Source: Octopus vulgaris (Eukaryota). From it: 64,000 nt of DNA. The notes below the pieces were generated by a model that made no database searches, was not told the DNA's origin, and saw only the letters and a program-made list of their open reading frames with translations. Made by a program: the position numbers and the translations under genes. The stretch covers positions 90,396,001 through 90,460,000 of the forward strand of contig OX597814.1 of assembly GCA_951406725.2 (NCBI GenBank), in the 5' to 3' direction. Positions 52,016 to 64,000 of the stretch are shown in pieces (the stretch's first letter is position 1; each line of letters opens with the position of its first letter).

Positions 52016-52864
52016 AAAACATTGATGTTAGCTTTAACGTTTTTCAAAGTTATACACTGCATTCACGTCTACACACACACATATATGCATGATTTAATAA
52101 AAACATAGACACTCCTACATTGGAACACATTGATATACTTCCCAGCTTAATTAGTACCTAATTTCCTACGCACATGTATATTTCATTTATTTTTACTCAA
52201 GCATTACGGAACATGACCATCGTTTGTGCTTCACTGCTAAATAAACTGAAAACAACTTAGAAGGATGTGTTTTGTTAGCTCGTTTACTACAAACGACTGT
52301 CGGATAACAGTTGGCAAGTGTCAAATTTAATCACTTCCCGGAAGCTGACGCCTAGAAAACAGCAGATATATCATTAAACATGATTCTGCTAAATGAGCTA
52401 CTGATGCTATCAAGGAAATATTAAAATGATGTTATAATTTGAGAAATGTGGGAGACCGCTTGAACCTAATGTCTCATTAGGAATTTTTATTTGATATAAT
52501 TTCCTTTTTCAGTTTCCACACACGCAGATGATGTTCTTCGAAAACACTAGAGAATTCAGCGAATAAGAATAATTTAAAAACCTCTGATAAACACCGCTAA
52601 AGCTTCCAAATTAGCATTTTAAATTATTCACAATATATCTGAAACACTTTCTGGTTTAATTGTTTTCATATATGAAAAAAAATTGCTTCGTGAATAATAA
52701 ATTATTTTTCAACCACAATCAAATACCAGCTGAAGTAGGAAGATTTAAATGATTGCGCTGACGCGCGCGCATGCTTACCTATTCGGACTGTGTGCAGCAA
52801 CTGTGTTATAACAGAGGTCTATAAAAACATAGCAGTCCATAATTTCATATTCACACACACATGT

Positions 52865-53070
52865 GACAAAGAGGTGACACGAGAAAAACAATGGTCAAGA
52901 CTCTCCTGAGGGATCCACAGTTACTTGCTGAACAGCCTGCACAGATGATCAAATGTTTGTGCTGTGCATTACATCGGTCTCTCCATTAAATTGTGCCCGC
53001 GTCAGATGACGACGTGATCCCTGTTCGGGGATCGAAATCAAGATGTTGGGATCCTGACTGCACCTACCGA
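52865..53070 (-). mobile_element. Probable tRNA-derived SINE (another family)
   Basis: The minus head GGTAGGTGCAGTCAGGATCCCAACATCTTGATTTCGATCCCCGAACAGGG has a B-box-like TTCGATCCC. Confidence 0.5.
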
Positions 53071-53119
53071 TATCCAGAAATTTCTGGATAAGTATGCATA
53101 TAAGTATATGAATTTCACC

Positions 53120-53184
<65 letters not shown>

Positions 53185-53329
53185 GTTATGGCTAATGTAG
53201 TCACGCTCAGATTATCTTTCGGTGATTAGATCTAATAGAACCGAAGCCTGACTAGACACATTAGATCTAAAATTATCATCTTTAAATATCCCTTAATACA
53301 CAATGTCATTGCACTCCTTAACTAGTAAA

Positions 53330-54690
53330 TGGCATTTCATTCCATTAATTTTAAACCTGTATACTGTTAATTGAAATGAGGATGTAGTATTATCTGATAA
53401 AATCTCGGCTAAAAGATTTAAATATAAAAATAAAAGTAAAATAAACGTTAACTTTAAAATGGATCGAAAAACGGGTATAAACATCGGAGTTGAAAACTAC
53501 TTCATGCTTAATCGTTCCATTTGATAAACAGGTCAGTTACAGTGTTACCAAATTGTTTAATATAGAAATTCAAAAATATTTTCCCAGAAATCACAAATAA
53601 TACCTTAAATAATGTCTTAACCGTAATATTGCACAAATTATAGCGGTACGTAAAGTTAAAATACTATGAAAATTTCAAAAAGACTATTATAATCAGAATA
53701 GCGTAATAAATTCGAAATACAATAACATCAAACGGAATAAAGTAGGGAACGCTAAAAGATAAAATGTCGTGGAAAGGGAAACAACTCAATTCAACATAAA
53801 TAACGTCAAATCGAATAAAGATTCAGCTAGAAATAGAACAAAGATAACATTATCTAGAAGAGTAAATAGTAATAAGGAACTTGATGGAAATGAATTTAAT
53901 TCTACAATGAGCGATCAAATCGAATCTAAGTCTGAGGGAAATATAAAAGGCTATCTATTGTTCTAAACCGTAATCCTGTTATGTGGAAAGTAAGTGTAAG
54001 ACTAAAAATGTAACGTATAGATGTATAGTTACATCTGAGAGTAAGGAATCCCTTTACATTGGTGAGACATCTTTAATTTTCAAGAGGAGACGGACATATC
54101 ATTTGAGTTCATTTGAAGACAAAAATAAAAAGTTCCAAACGTGTTTTAGCAAATTATTCTGGTCTTTTAAGGTCAGTATCAAGAACTATACTATTAAATG
54201 GGAGTTAATTTGTACTGCAATACAAAGCTGGAACCTATAGCTATGAAGTAGGTTTAGAAGAATTTTACAGGACTTTCACATCCGAGGGTAATGTAATAAA
54301 TTCTCGACAGAAGCAAGAATTGAGATGCTTGCATATGAGGAAATTCACATTTGCGAAGTATAAATGAATAATTATCTTTTAAATTATACAAGGTTTTGAA
54401 ATGATGGACCGAAAAATATACAATAAGAACTTGAAATAGAAATTGTTCACATCTGACTTACCGGACAGCTATATATTGTGCAACGCAAAGTTTATAAAAG
54501 AAAAATCATTGAACGGCCATACCGATGGCTATCAAGTTAAAACCCAGAAGAGAGTGCAGTGTTTTAGACTAGGGTTACAACTCAAATAATTAGTAATCGG
54601 TGCAATTGAGACATGTGTTGGTCTTAAAATGTGGTATATATGTGTAGAATTAAAGGTAATGCTATTGCTACTTCGGAGTAATCCTTATTT
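53330..54690 (+). mobile_element. Penelope-like element 3' remnant (linker, GIY-YIG, 3' UTR) ending at a TA tract
   Basis: Reads KYFPRNHK, CKTKNVTYRCIVT...YIGETSLIFKRR...HLSSF...IKWELI and INSRQ...CLHMRKF. Confidence 0.85.
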
Positions 54691-54694
54691 TTAG

Positions 54695-54748
<54 letters not shown>

Positions 54749-54874
54749 ATACATACGTGTTTATGTATATGTTTAAATATATACATATGTATATATAGGC
54801 AATATTAAATCTCTGAGCGAGAGCACTATCCTTTATAAGACGCCAGACTTGGTTGGCAATTATATATATATATT

Positions 54875-55087
54875 ATTTCTTTATTGCCCACAAGGTGCTA
54901 AACATAGAGGGAACAAACATGGACAAATAAAGGGATTAAATCGATTACATTGACCCAAGTGCGTAACTGCTACTTAATCTATCGGCCCCGAAAGGATGGA
55001 AGGCAATTTGAACTCAGAACGTAGCGGCAGACGAAATACAGCTAAGCATTTCGCCCGGCGTGCCAACGTTTCTGCCAGCTCGCCGCC

Positions 55088-55088
<1 letters not shown>
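54875..55088 (-). mobile_element. Nin-domain SINE
   Basis: Collinear with 45924-46153 apart from a small deletion. Confidence 0.9.
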
Positions 55089-55149
<61 letters not shown>

Positions 55150-55389
55150 CATACATATATATATATACATATATGTATGAATGTATGTATAAATGCATAT
55201 ATGTATCAGTGTATTAATATATATTCACTACTCTTCGAATATGTTATTATTTTAGTAAAACCCCGTGAAATATTATTCTAATAAGCTACGCTCGTTGCAC
55301 ACAAAATTTTACGGACTTGTTTTGCGAACGCCACGCCGTCGCTAATATTTTTTTCTATAGATTTAGTTTTTCAAAATTATTTACTTAGT

Positions 55390-55590
55390 CAAAGTGGCAA
55401 ACTTGAAGAATTGTTAGCATGCTGTGCAAAATGCGTAGCTACATTTCGCTCGTCTACACGTTCTGAGTTAAAATGTCGACGAGTTTGACTTTCCCTTTCA
55501 GCTTTTCGGGAGTGAAAAATGTATATCAGATGTAATCTACTTACTGCCTTCCCTGAAATTGCTGGCCTTGTGCTAAAATTTGAAATCAAA
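55390..55590 (+). mobile_element. Degenerate Nin-domain SINE
   Basis: GTGGCAAACTTGAAGAATTGTTAGCA...CGTTCTGAGTTAAAAT...GCTGGCCTTGTGCTAAAATTTGAAA. Confidence 0.7.
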
Positions 55591-56034
55591 TTATTTACTC
55601 TGAATCACACTCTTTCTACGTTAACTTGTGTAAATGTGTAACAGCCTTTAAATGATATGTTCCGTTTACTTCTGCATATCAATACGGAAAACACACAACT
55701 AATTGTTGTATTCTTTGCTTGTTTCTTTCTATAGTAGTTGCCTCATTTGATTAACTCACAATCTTTATGGAATAAAGTAAAACAAATAAATCACGGGATT
55801 TGAGGAGAAGATTATGAGTTAAATTGAAAGAAACAGATTAGAACGAACAGATTAAATATATTGGAAGGAATTCAAATGTTAACTAAGGCAAATTTATCTC
55901 ATATCTCGATGAAACAGGGGATTAGACTTAAATTGAACTGGAACATTTATAACTTGTAAACTATATGAAGAAGTATATAGAAAACCCATTGGGTATAATA
56001 TCTAGACAAAATACGGAAAGATAATATATACACT

Positions 56035-56197
56035 TAGTCGTCTGTCTACGTTCTGAGTTCAAATGCCGCCAAGGTCGACTTTGCCTTTCACCCACACAAG
56101 TTCGATAAAATAAATGGCAATTGAACACTGGGAACGATATAATCAACTTACCCACCACTCCGATATTGCTGGAACTTGTGCCAAATTTAAAACCAAA
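56035..56197 (+). mobile_element. Nin-domain SINE fragment
   Basis: CGTTCTGAGTTCAAATGCCGCCAAGGTCGACTTTGCCTTTCA...TTGTGCCAAATTT. Confidence 0.8.
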
Positions 56198-56443
56198 AAT
56201 TAGACGTTTACATGTCGAAAGGCGTCGTTCGCCATTGTTTTCGAGTTGGTCTTTAGTTGGCATCATAGTTCCTTTCATATAACCTTTATTTCTGTCTGGT
56301 TTCTTGTAGGGGTGTTACAAAACAACATACACCTACATACACGTTGATGTGCACATACTGATAAATGCACATACACCCACACAAGTGGAAAAGGATTAAA
56401 ATAGGTAAAAAAAAGTTATAGGATGTATTTAGTGTGGTCAGTC

Positions 56444-56660
56444 AGGGCAGCGAGTTGGCAGATTCGTGAACACGCCGGGGAAAAATCCTTTTTTGTCCAC
56501 CTTTACGGTATTTCGCCCACCTTTACCTTCTAAGAAATACTTGGCTCTTCACCCTTTCGAGTTCGATGAAATAAATACCACTTGAGCACTGTGGTCAATG
56601 TAATCAATGTAGTGCCCCTAGTCTTGAGATTGCTGTCAATGTGCCAAAATTTGAAACCAA
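56444..56660 (+). mobile_element. Degenerate Nin-domain SINE
   Basis: GGCAGCGAGTTGGCAGATTCGTGAACACGCCGG...CCTTTCGAGTTCGATGAAATAAATACCA...GTGCCAAAATTTGAAACC. Confidence 0.75.
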
Positions 56661-57680
56661 TATATATATATATATTAACAAAATAAATCTATAATATGAT
56701 GGAGTGGTTTGTATAAATAACGATGCCAGACATTGGCCTTTTGTCGGAGCTGATGTATATGTGTGTGTGCGCGTGTGGTATGTTTTAAATTTTTAAGTAT
56801 TTAGGTAACCGACATTATGCTAAGAGGTACAGAGTCTTTTAGAAGCGTAGATTAAATATTGTTGATGAAGGAACAATGGAAATATAATTAATAATTGAAA
56901 TTTAGTCGATCGAGAACTGAAAATATACCTACAGAGAATGTGGCAGAGACAGAAAATTTAAGAAAATTTATTTGATTGTAACAAGAAGAGAAATTAAAAC
57001 AAAAGTGTTATTAGTTTTGTGAGAATTACATAAACAATTTAGTTGATTAGGGAAGTGTTCGGAGGGACGATATAAGTTTAAAATGTGTATTAATTTAGAA
57101 TGGTGCGTGGAAATACTAAATTTTTATTCGACTTTGCGTTAAGATGCAATGAACTTTTATAGAGTTACTTTCAGCTCCCTCACATTCTAGCACAGGCTTC
57201 ATACTAAAACTAAAGCATTAGTCATAACATTAACTGATGACTTTGTTCATATTTCGGATTTCGATGATTAAAAATATTAAATCGACAATTCTATCTGAAA
57301 GCTTTTACCAAATTTCAATTGTTTCAAATATTACCGAACAAAATCTATAGCGTATTGCTTGAGCCAATTTCAGTAGATATTAAAACTTGGCATAACTTGA
57401 ATTGATTACATTTTGTTGTATGTTGCCAATGCTTCTCTTTTAGTAAAAACTGTAATTCAAGTATATGTATTTGAATTTCTTTTTTTTTTTCCGTCACCGT
57501 TTCGATTTTGAAGTAACTTTTATTGTTTAAAATGGGTTTGAATTCATCCAAGTCACTTCAGTCGTAAAATTTCGTTTCTTCTGTTCTCCACCTTTATGCA
57601 TTTCATATAAATGTATCAGTGTTTTTCAGCCTCAAAATGATATTTGACTCTCTCTCTCTCTCTCTCTCACACACTCTCTC

Positions 57681-57782
<102 letters not shown>

Positions 57783-58049
57783 TTATATATAAATGTATAA
57801 ATATATTAGGAATGTGCCGCCTAAGCAAGCAAAATATGCACTGCCCACCTGGAATAAAATTGTGAAGGTTACTCTGATTACTGTGCATAAAATGCAAAAT
57901 ATTTTATTTATCTGTAGATTAGGTAGGCACAATTCGCCCCTGCCTTTTAATCTCAGTATTTAAGCTACGCATAGAACTGATGTAGTACACGTGTTGCGTA
58001 CACTCCTACAACACCGATTTCTTTTCGTGCTATAAAGGCAGAAGTAAAT

Positions 58050-58305
58050 CTGCATTGATTACTATATGTGGGCGCAGTTGGGCAAGAGACCAACAAAACT
58101 CTTTGTAACACCAAAGATGAACAGAAGGCAAGGATTCACTAACTTAAACAACGTGGCCGCCCAAAAAAGACGCTGGAGATTCCGAAGTCTTCTGAAGGTC
58201 ATAGTTGAAGCCAATCGTGATTTTATTAAATTTACTCTTTAGTATTTCAAGATGTTTTTAATGTCATTTTGGAAAATATCTCTGTTAAAATCAGATGTCA
58301 GTGTC
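58050..58305 (+). mobile_element. Tc1/mariner-superfamily transposase C-terminal remnant (maT-like)
   Basis: Across frameshifts it reads DYYMW(G)AV.QETNKTLCNTKDE.KARI...RFRSLLKVIVEAN.DF. Confidence 0.6.
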
Positions 58306-59181
58306 ACAAGACTCTGGTCGGCCCTGAGGCAGTATATATATGTATGTGCGCGTACGTGTCTGTATATACACACATCACACTATGAACACATCAGCATGTT
58401 CCAATTTAATCATTCATTTTGTTATGGCGCATTCGTATACGTGTATCAGATACTTTTGATATGTTTGGAATAAGCAAATTTGCAAACTCCTTTTTCTGCA
58501 TGCTTCATAACGATCTTAAACTTATTTGTAGTATATGGTGTGATATAGTACTGCACCCTAAAAAGAAAAGAAAAGAGATAAAAAAACACTACAGGGCTTA
58601 TCTCTAGGCAAAATCTATAGCCTAAACATTGTTTAAATGCTACTGCCAGAATTTGACAGAGAGAATGTTAGAATATGGCGTTATCAAGTTGAACAAAATG
58701 ACATTAATAGTAATTTGACATTTACAAAAATACATGTCATCTGTGACGTCTTCATTTGGTTGTGACATTTGTTGGCTGCTTGTGTGTTAATTGTAACCTT
58801 GCGTTCCAATATGAGTAATGATGCCACAAACAATAGATTATCTCCGTGGGAAAATCTATAAATTCAATATTTTTCGTCAACGAATGTTTGTATAATATTT
58901 TTATGCGATGCAATATATTGCAGCTTCTCCTTTTTGTAGATGAAAATGAAGAACGTGCAAAAGAATATTGTGATTGTCACGCTTATGTAAAGGTGATAGA
59001 TGTATACAAGTATGTAGGTGAGTGTGTGTATATATATATATATACGTGTGTGTGTGTGTGTGCGTATACGTGTGTGTGTGTGTGTGTGTGCGTGTGTGTG
59101 TGTTGATGAAAAGAGGAATATAGAACTAAAAATATATGTATATGTAATTTTTTTTATTTTTATTACTCCGTTACTTCTGCG

Positions 59182-59254
<73 letters not shown>

Positions 59255-59261
<7 letters not shown>

Positions 59262-60114
59262 GCATATATATGTACAGGACGTCACCAACAATTCAAACAA
59301 CATGAAATACGTAAACAGCGAGAAAAGAGTGGAAAGGAGGACAAGTAAACACAGAGAAAGGACCCTTCAACAGTTGTAGGCTGTCTATCTACTCCTCATT
59401 TCGATCATTCAGCGGCAACATGAGTCTTCAAAGACAGTTATACCCATAAATTCTAAAATAAAATTTAGGATTTATAGCAGTTCAAAGTTGGGAACAAAAA
59501 TATAACTGTGGAAACATACAAGGAAACCGAACGAAAACAAACAGGAAGAGTCGTTAGACCAGAACGAGAAGAAAATAGTGATGACTGTGAGTATTATTTT
59601 TTGAAAAGAGAAAAGACAGAAGAGAGTGGAAAAATCGTCCCTCTTTTTGAATGTCCGTGTAAGAAAAGAAATATGGTTACGTGAGGAAAAGAAAGCATGG
59701 ACGATGGTCACTCTTCATATGACCTTTACCTGCACGGTTGTTCAAAAGAGTTGACGTTTTTTCTCTCTCTTCTTTACTTACTTTTCTCTAAAAATGTTTC
59801 TCACAGCATTCACTATTTTCCTCTCGTCCTGGTCTAACGAACCTCCATGTTTGTTTTCGTTCGGTTTCCTTGTACGTCTCCACTGTCTTGCATTTGACCC
59901 TCTATAGATCCTAAACTTTATTTTAGAATTTATGGGAGCAAATGTCTTTGAAGTCTCAAATTGTAGTTGAATGCTCGAAAAGAGTAGAAAGACAGCCGAC
60001 AACTGATGAATGGTACTCTCCCTGTATTTAGTTGTTCTGTTTTCCATTCTCCTCGTTGTTCACGTATTTCATGCTGTTTGAACCGTCAGTGCCGTTCTGT
60101 ACTCATATATGCAA

Positions 60115-60122
<8 letters not shown>
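59255..60122. repeat. Large diverged inverted repeat, arms about 400 bp, bounded by TA tracts
   Basis: CCCATAAATTCTAAAATAAA pairs with TTTATTTTAGAATTTATGGG, TACAAGGAAACCGAACGAAAACAAACA with TGTTTGTTTTCGTTCGGTTTCCTTGTA, and TCGTTAGACCAG with CTGGTCTAACGA. Confidence 0.93.
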
Positions 60123-60162
<40 letters not shown>

Positions 60163-60190
60163 TAACCGAACGCCACAGATCCATTATCAA

Positions 60191-60251
<61 letters not shown>

Positions 60252-61200
60252 CTAGCAGGGATACCCGGCGTTGCTCGGGATTAAGATGAATATAGCTTGT
60301 ATATAACATATTAGAGTTATGTTGAAACAGGTGATATGGGAAAGTGCAGCATTGACAAAAAACATTTGTGGAGGAAACGATGAGCTAATTTGACTACGCA
60401 ACATGCTATGCATCCGTTTGGAGTATTTCGGACCTTAATTAGGGGTGAGGATTTTGTGATTTTTGAACGCACTGAAAAGCTGTCAGTAGATATACTCTCT
60501 TTTGCAACAGTCGGGGCAGTGCCTAACACGACCCATCATATGAAAGTTTGAGACCACCTTCCGGTTTGTTGTCCTACATCACTAATAAAGTAAATCTGGA
60601 GGAACTGTGGCTGTTCATTTGTGGGTAACAGGGAACCAATGAGGTGATAGACTTGCCCTTGAACTTTGATGTCGGCGTAAATTCATGTTTAACTATCTTC
60701 TTAGATGCAGTAAACGATGTAATTTGAAATGCAGGGTTGTCTGATATTGTTAAGAAAATGGATAGAAGTGCTTCGTAGACGATCCATAAGAGGTTGAGAA
60801 GGAGGCTGTAGTATTGGCAATGTTATCTGACCACTTGAGCAGCACATACTTTTTGTTTCACTTGAAACATTTAAAGCTCTGCATAAATAACAATTTGTGT
60901 TTAGCACACAGATTTGGACAGAGTTATCATTTTGATAAGAATGGGATGGATCATTTCTGAAAACAGCTTCAGGAGTTGTGAAGAACGAATTTGTATTGGA
61001 CCTCTGTCTATTCATTAAAACATTGATTTAATGATCTAGCATTAAATGTTGAAACATGCATTTGCTGATCTTGAGAAAATCTCATCTCGCTTCTCTCTTC
61101 AGACTCCCACCTTCCGTTTTCTACAATCCTCCTTGTTTCTGGAGAGATTATGTATTTTCTTTGGTGGCATATTTTTCTCAATATTGTAAACAGTACATTA
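60252..61200 (-). mobile_element. Helitron, internally deleted, with intact 3' terminus
   Basis: The minus strand ends CCCGAGCAACGCCGGG (hairpin) TATCCCTG-CTAG|T. RepHel N-terminal motifs: C..C.A....E...MCC..G.I.LP, HFLNNIRQ and KVQGQVYHLIGSLLP...PQFLQIYF. The 5' end was not located. Confidence 0.88.
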
Positions 61201-61644
61201 TGAACATAAAGAAATTATACACTAATCCCTATTTTTGTAAGCAGTTGCATGTATGTAGTATATTTTTATTTTAGTATGTAGTATAAATTAACCAAATATA
61301 AGCACATGTTTGAACTGCTAATTTAACGGTAAATGCCACAATAATTATTATAGATAAGTTTCTTAACATATTTAAATAAATGTTAATTTCAGGGTAAATA
61401 TGTAACTCTAAAAACATTGAAACCTTGCAACTGCTGCGATAATTATTAACTGGTAATTGAACGGTAAATGTGTATTTTTATATACCTTCGAACTCATTGT
61501 TTTTTGTCAAGAGTTTCACTTCCAGCCGTTCGTTATGTCAGTCATCACATACACTGGCACCCCATTCTGTTGCGGTGGCCATTTTTTGTTTCTTCTGCTC
61601 ATTCCGTAAAAAATCATTTGAAGAAAGCAGAAATTGAAAGTTTA

Positions 61645-61750
61645 GTTGGACAGAGTCTATAGAAGATACTTGCCCTATGTGCCATGCAGTGAGACTGAAC
61701 ACCAAAGCATATGGTTGCGAAGTATGCTTCTTACTACACAGTCATACTAT
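61645..61750 (-). mobile_element. Major SINE head fragment
   Basis: CTATAGAAGATACTTGCCC..TGTGCCATGCAGTGAGACTGAAC...GCTTCTTACTACACAG. Confidence 0.75.
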
Positions 61751-62783
61751 ATACAGTGTAATGCGTATAATGCAGTAATAGTTGCACCATCTTTGCTTCC
61801 ATTTGCCGCCCCAGCATACCTGTATGGTGTGGTAGGAAACAACTTAATGCATCACACTTCTCTGCCAGTCCACAGCCACTTCTCTAAAACCAGCCCGCTT
61901 CTGGTGTATAGTCACTTGGTGGGTTTTGGTCTACAGACAACGTGCAGTGCTGCCTTGCAGGAATGGAACGCAAATCTATACTGTGCAGATATTATCTGAT
62001 TGACCTACCCTGACACGTATCAATAACTTCTCTGTATGATACATAAATAGAATATTACTGTAATTATAAAATATCTAGATAGAATAATTTAGTAAGACAT
62101 GTGCCTCTCAGGCAGATTTGATCAGATTTGATCCCTTATTGAGTATACCGCTGATCAAAGTCATTAGGTACGTACTTGAATATATCATCTCTTTCGGGAT
62201 ATTTAGGAATATATTCTTCCTGTATTTAGCAATGAAATTTATTAGGGAAGACATAACTGCTACTTCTAGCACAAGACAAGATATTTCATTAAGTCCCTCA
62301 CTCTCAGCAGATGGAATATTATTGAATTCAAAATAAAATACTGCGTATAGAATAACATGTCGTGTACAGATGATATTACATGGAATATTGAAAACAAAAA
62401 AAAATAATTCAAAAGATGAATATTCAATACAAAACAATATACATATGTCTATTCCATTATATGTACGTTTAAATATTCGTAAGTGCAAAAGAAGAGAAGG
62501 GATAAACATATATGTGAATGCAGATTTCTGAATGAATTTACATATACTGTAATGTTCTATTCTTAATAATGCGGACTCTAACACATACACACATATATGT
62601 ATACACGAAATTTTTATATGAAAAATAAAAATATACGTATTTCCCACAATAGCTTTCCCTGTTTCTTGGAATCGAAACTTTTCGTTTTCTCTCTGTCTCC
62701 GATTCTCTCCCTCTATTTCTCTTTCTCTTTCTCTCTCTCTCTCTGCACATCCCTCTCTCTGTACATATATTATTGCGTGTGTA

Positions 62784-62830
<47 letters not shown>

Positions 62831-63159
62831 AGAAACATACATATATATTTATACATTATATGATTAGGTCTATGTGATTGTGTTTCTGGGTAAGATTATA
62901 TGCATTTTTACGTGTGTTCGAAGTGTGTGTAGGTGTGGGGTGGGATTAGCGGGTGGCGGATGGATCCATGAAATTAAAGACACTGCCGGATTAAACGTTT
63001 GCAAGCATTCCTGAATTGTTGCGTAAATTACACTATTTATAGTTTCAGCGAAATTTTTTTAATGTTGGACGCTAAGCTGTGTTCATAATAGCTTTCCCTT
63101 ATTACTTTGTATTTATATTTCCCAAAGGAATAGCGAAAAAAATTTGCTACATAACCAGA

Positions 63160-63440
<281 letters not shown>

Positions 63441-64000
63441 TCTATAAATCTCACTGTATGTATAACATACGCACGAACGAAAATTATATGCACACATACA
63501 TCATTATATTTAAATACACACACACACACATATATGTACATATATACATATTTACATATTTATATAAATACGTGTGCATATATATATAAATACATTGATA
63601 TAAATATGTGTGTATATGTGTTTTTCTATGTATTTATGTATATTTTCATTTTCGTAAACTGTCCGTTTGTCTTATCATTTAAAATGACATTTCGATTTAG
63701 AAATGAAATATTATAGAACTAAAAAAATTTAAGCTATTCAAATTGTGTAGTAGAAAATTCTTTCCCAATAGATGTACTTGAGAATGCCGGGAATAAATAC
63801 ACTTGCGAATTTATACATTTTTTGATGTGAAACCATTTATTCCTTTATTTCTCCTGGAGTAATTTACATATGGATAAGACCAATTCTCTAGCAGCAGGTT
63901 GTAATATACTTTATGTTCATATTCAAATGCTGTTGCAGTTTTTAATGGCGTATCTCTATTCAGTGTTTGCATTATTGTAAGTTTATTATTTTAAAATGTA

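Noticed and set aside
54505-54550. Possible hammerhead in the 3' UTR of the 53330 PLE, loosely similar to positions 20-55
   Set aside because: Both core boxes are too decayed to call.
62108-62842. Longest ORF in the track (244 aa, minus strand)
   Set aside because: It starts in CA and GA microsatellites, has no recognisable domain and has the composition of AT-rich non-coding DNA.

Overview
This is AT-rich animal genomic DNA, intronic or intergenic, very dense in (TA)n, (CA)n, (TATG)n and (ATCT)n microsatellites. The SINE families and overall repeat landscape look like a coleoid cephalopod, probably Octopus; that is an inference from recognition, not a database result. I could not identify any intact host protein-coding gene. 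Most ORFs in the track are microsatellite read-through or transposon fragments. The recognisable content is decayed mobile DNA: an R4/Dong-type LINE, a near full-length RTE LINE with C-terminal C2H2 fingers, at least six Penelope-like element (PLE) remnants of three types, five Tc1/mariner remnants, a Helitron, a foldback element and many tRNA-derived SINEs. The most interesting signal is non-coding. About eight type-I hammerhead ribozyme motifs, intact to degenerate, occur here, mostly in short units sitting inside (TA)n tracts or in inverted pLTR-like repeats. One PLE family carries a tRNA-like Pol III cassette between its ORF stop and a tandem hammerhead pair. There are also seven long inverted repeats, including a near-perfect 128-bp-arm palindrome with a template-switch signature, and three retroelements with twin-priming-type 5' inversions. 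All alignments and folds were done by eye, so element boundaries are approximate unless motif coordinates are quoted.
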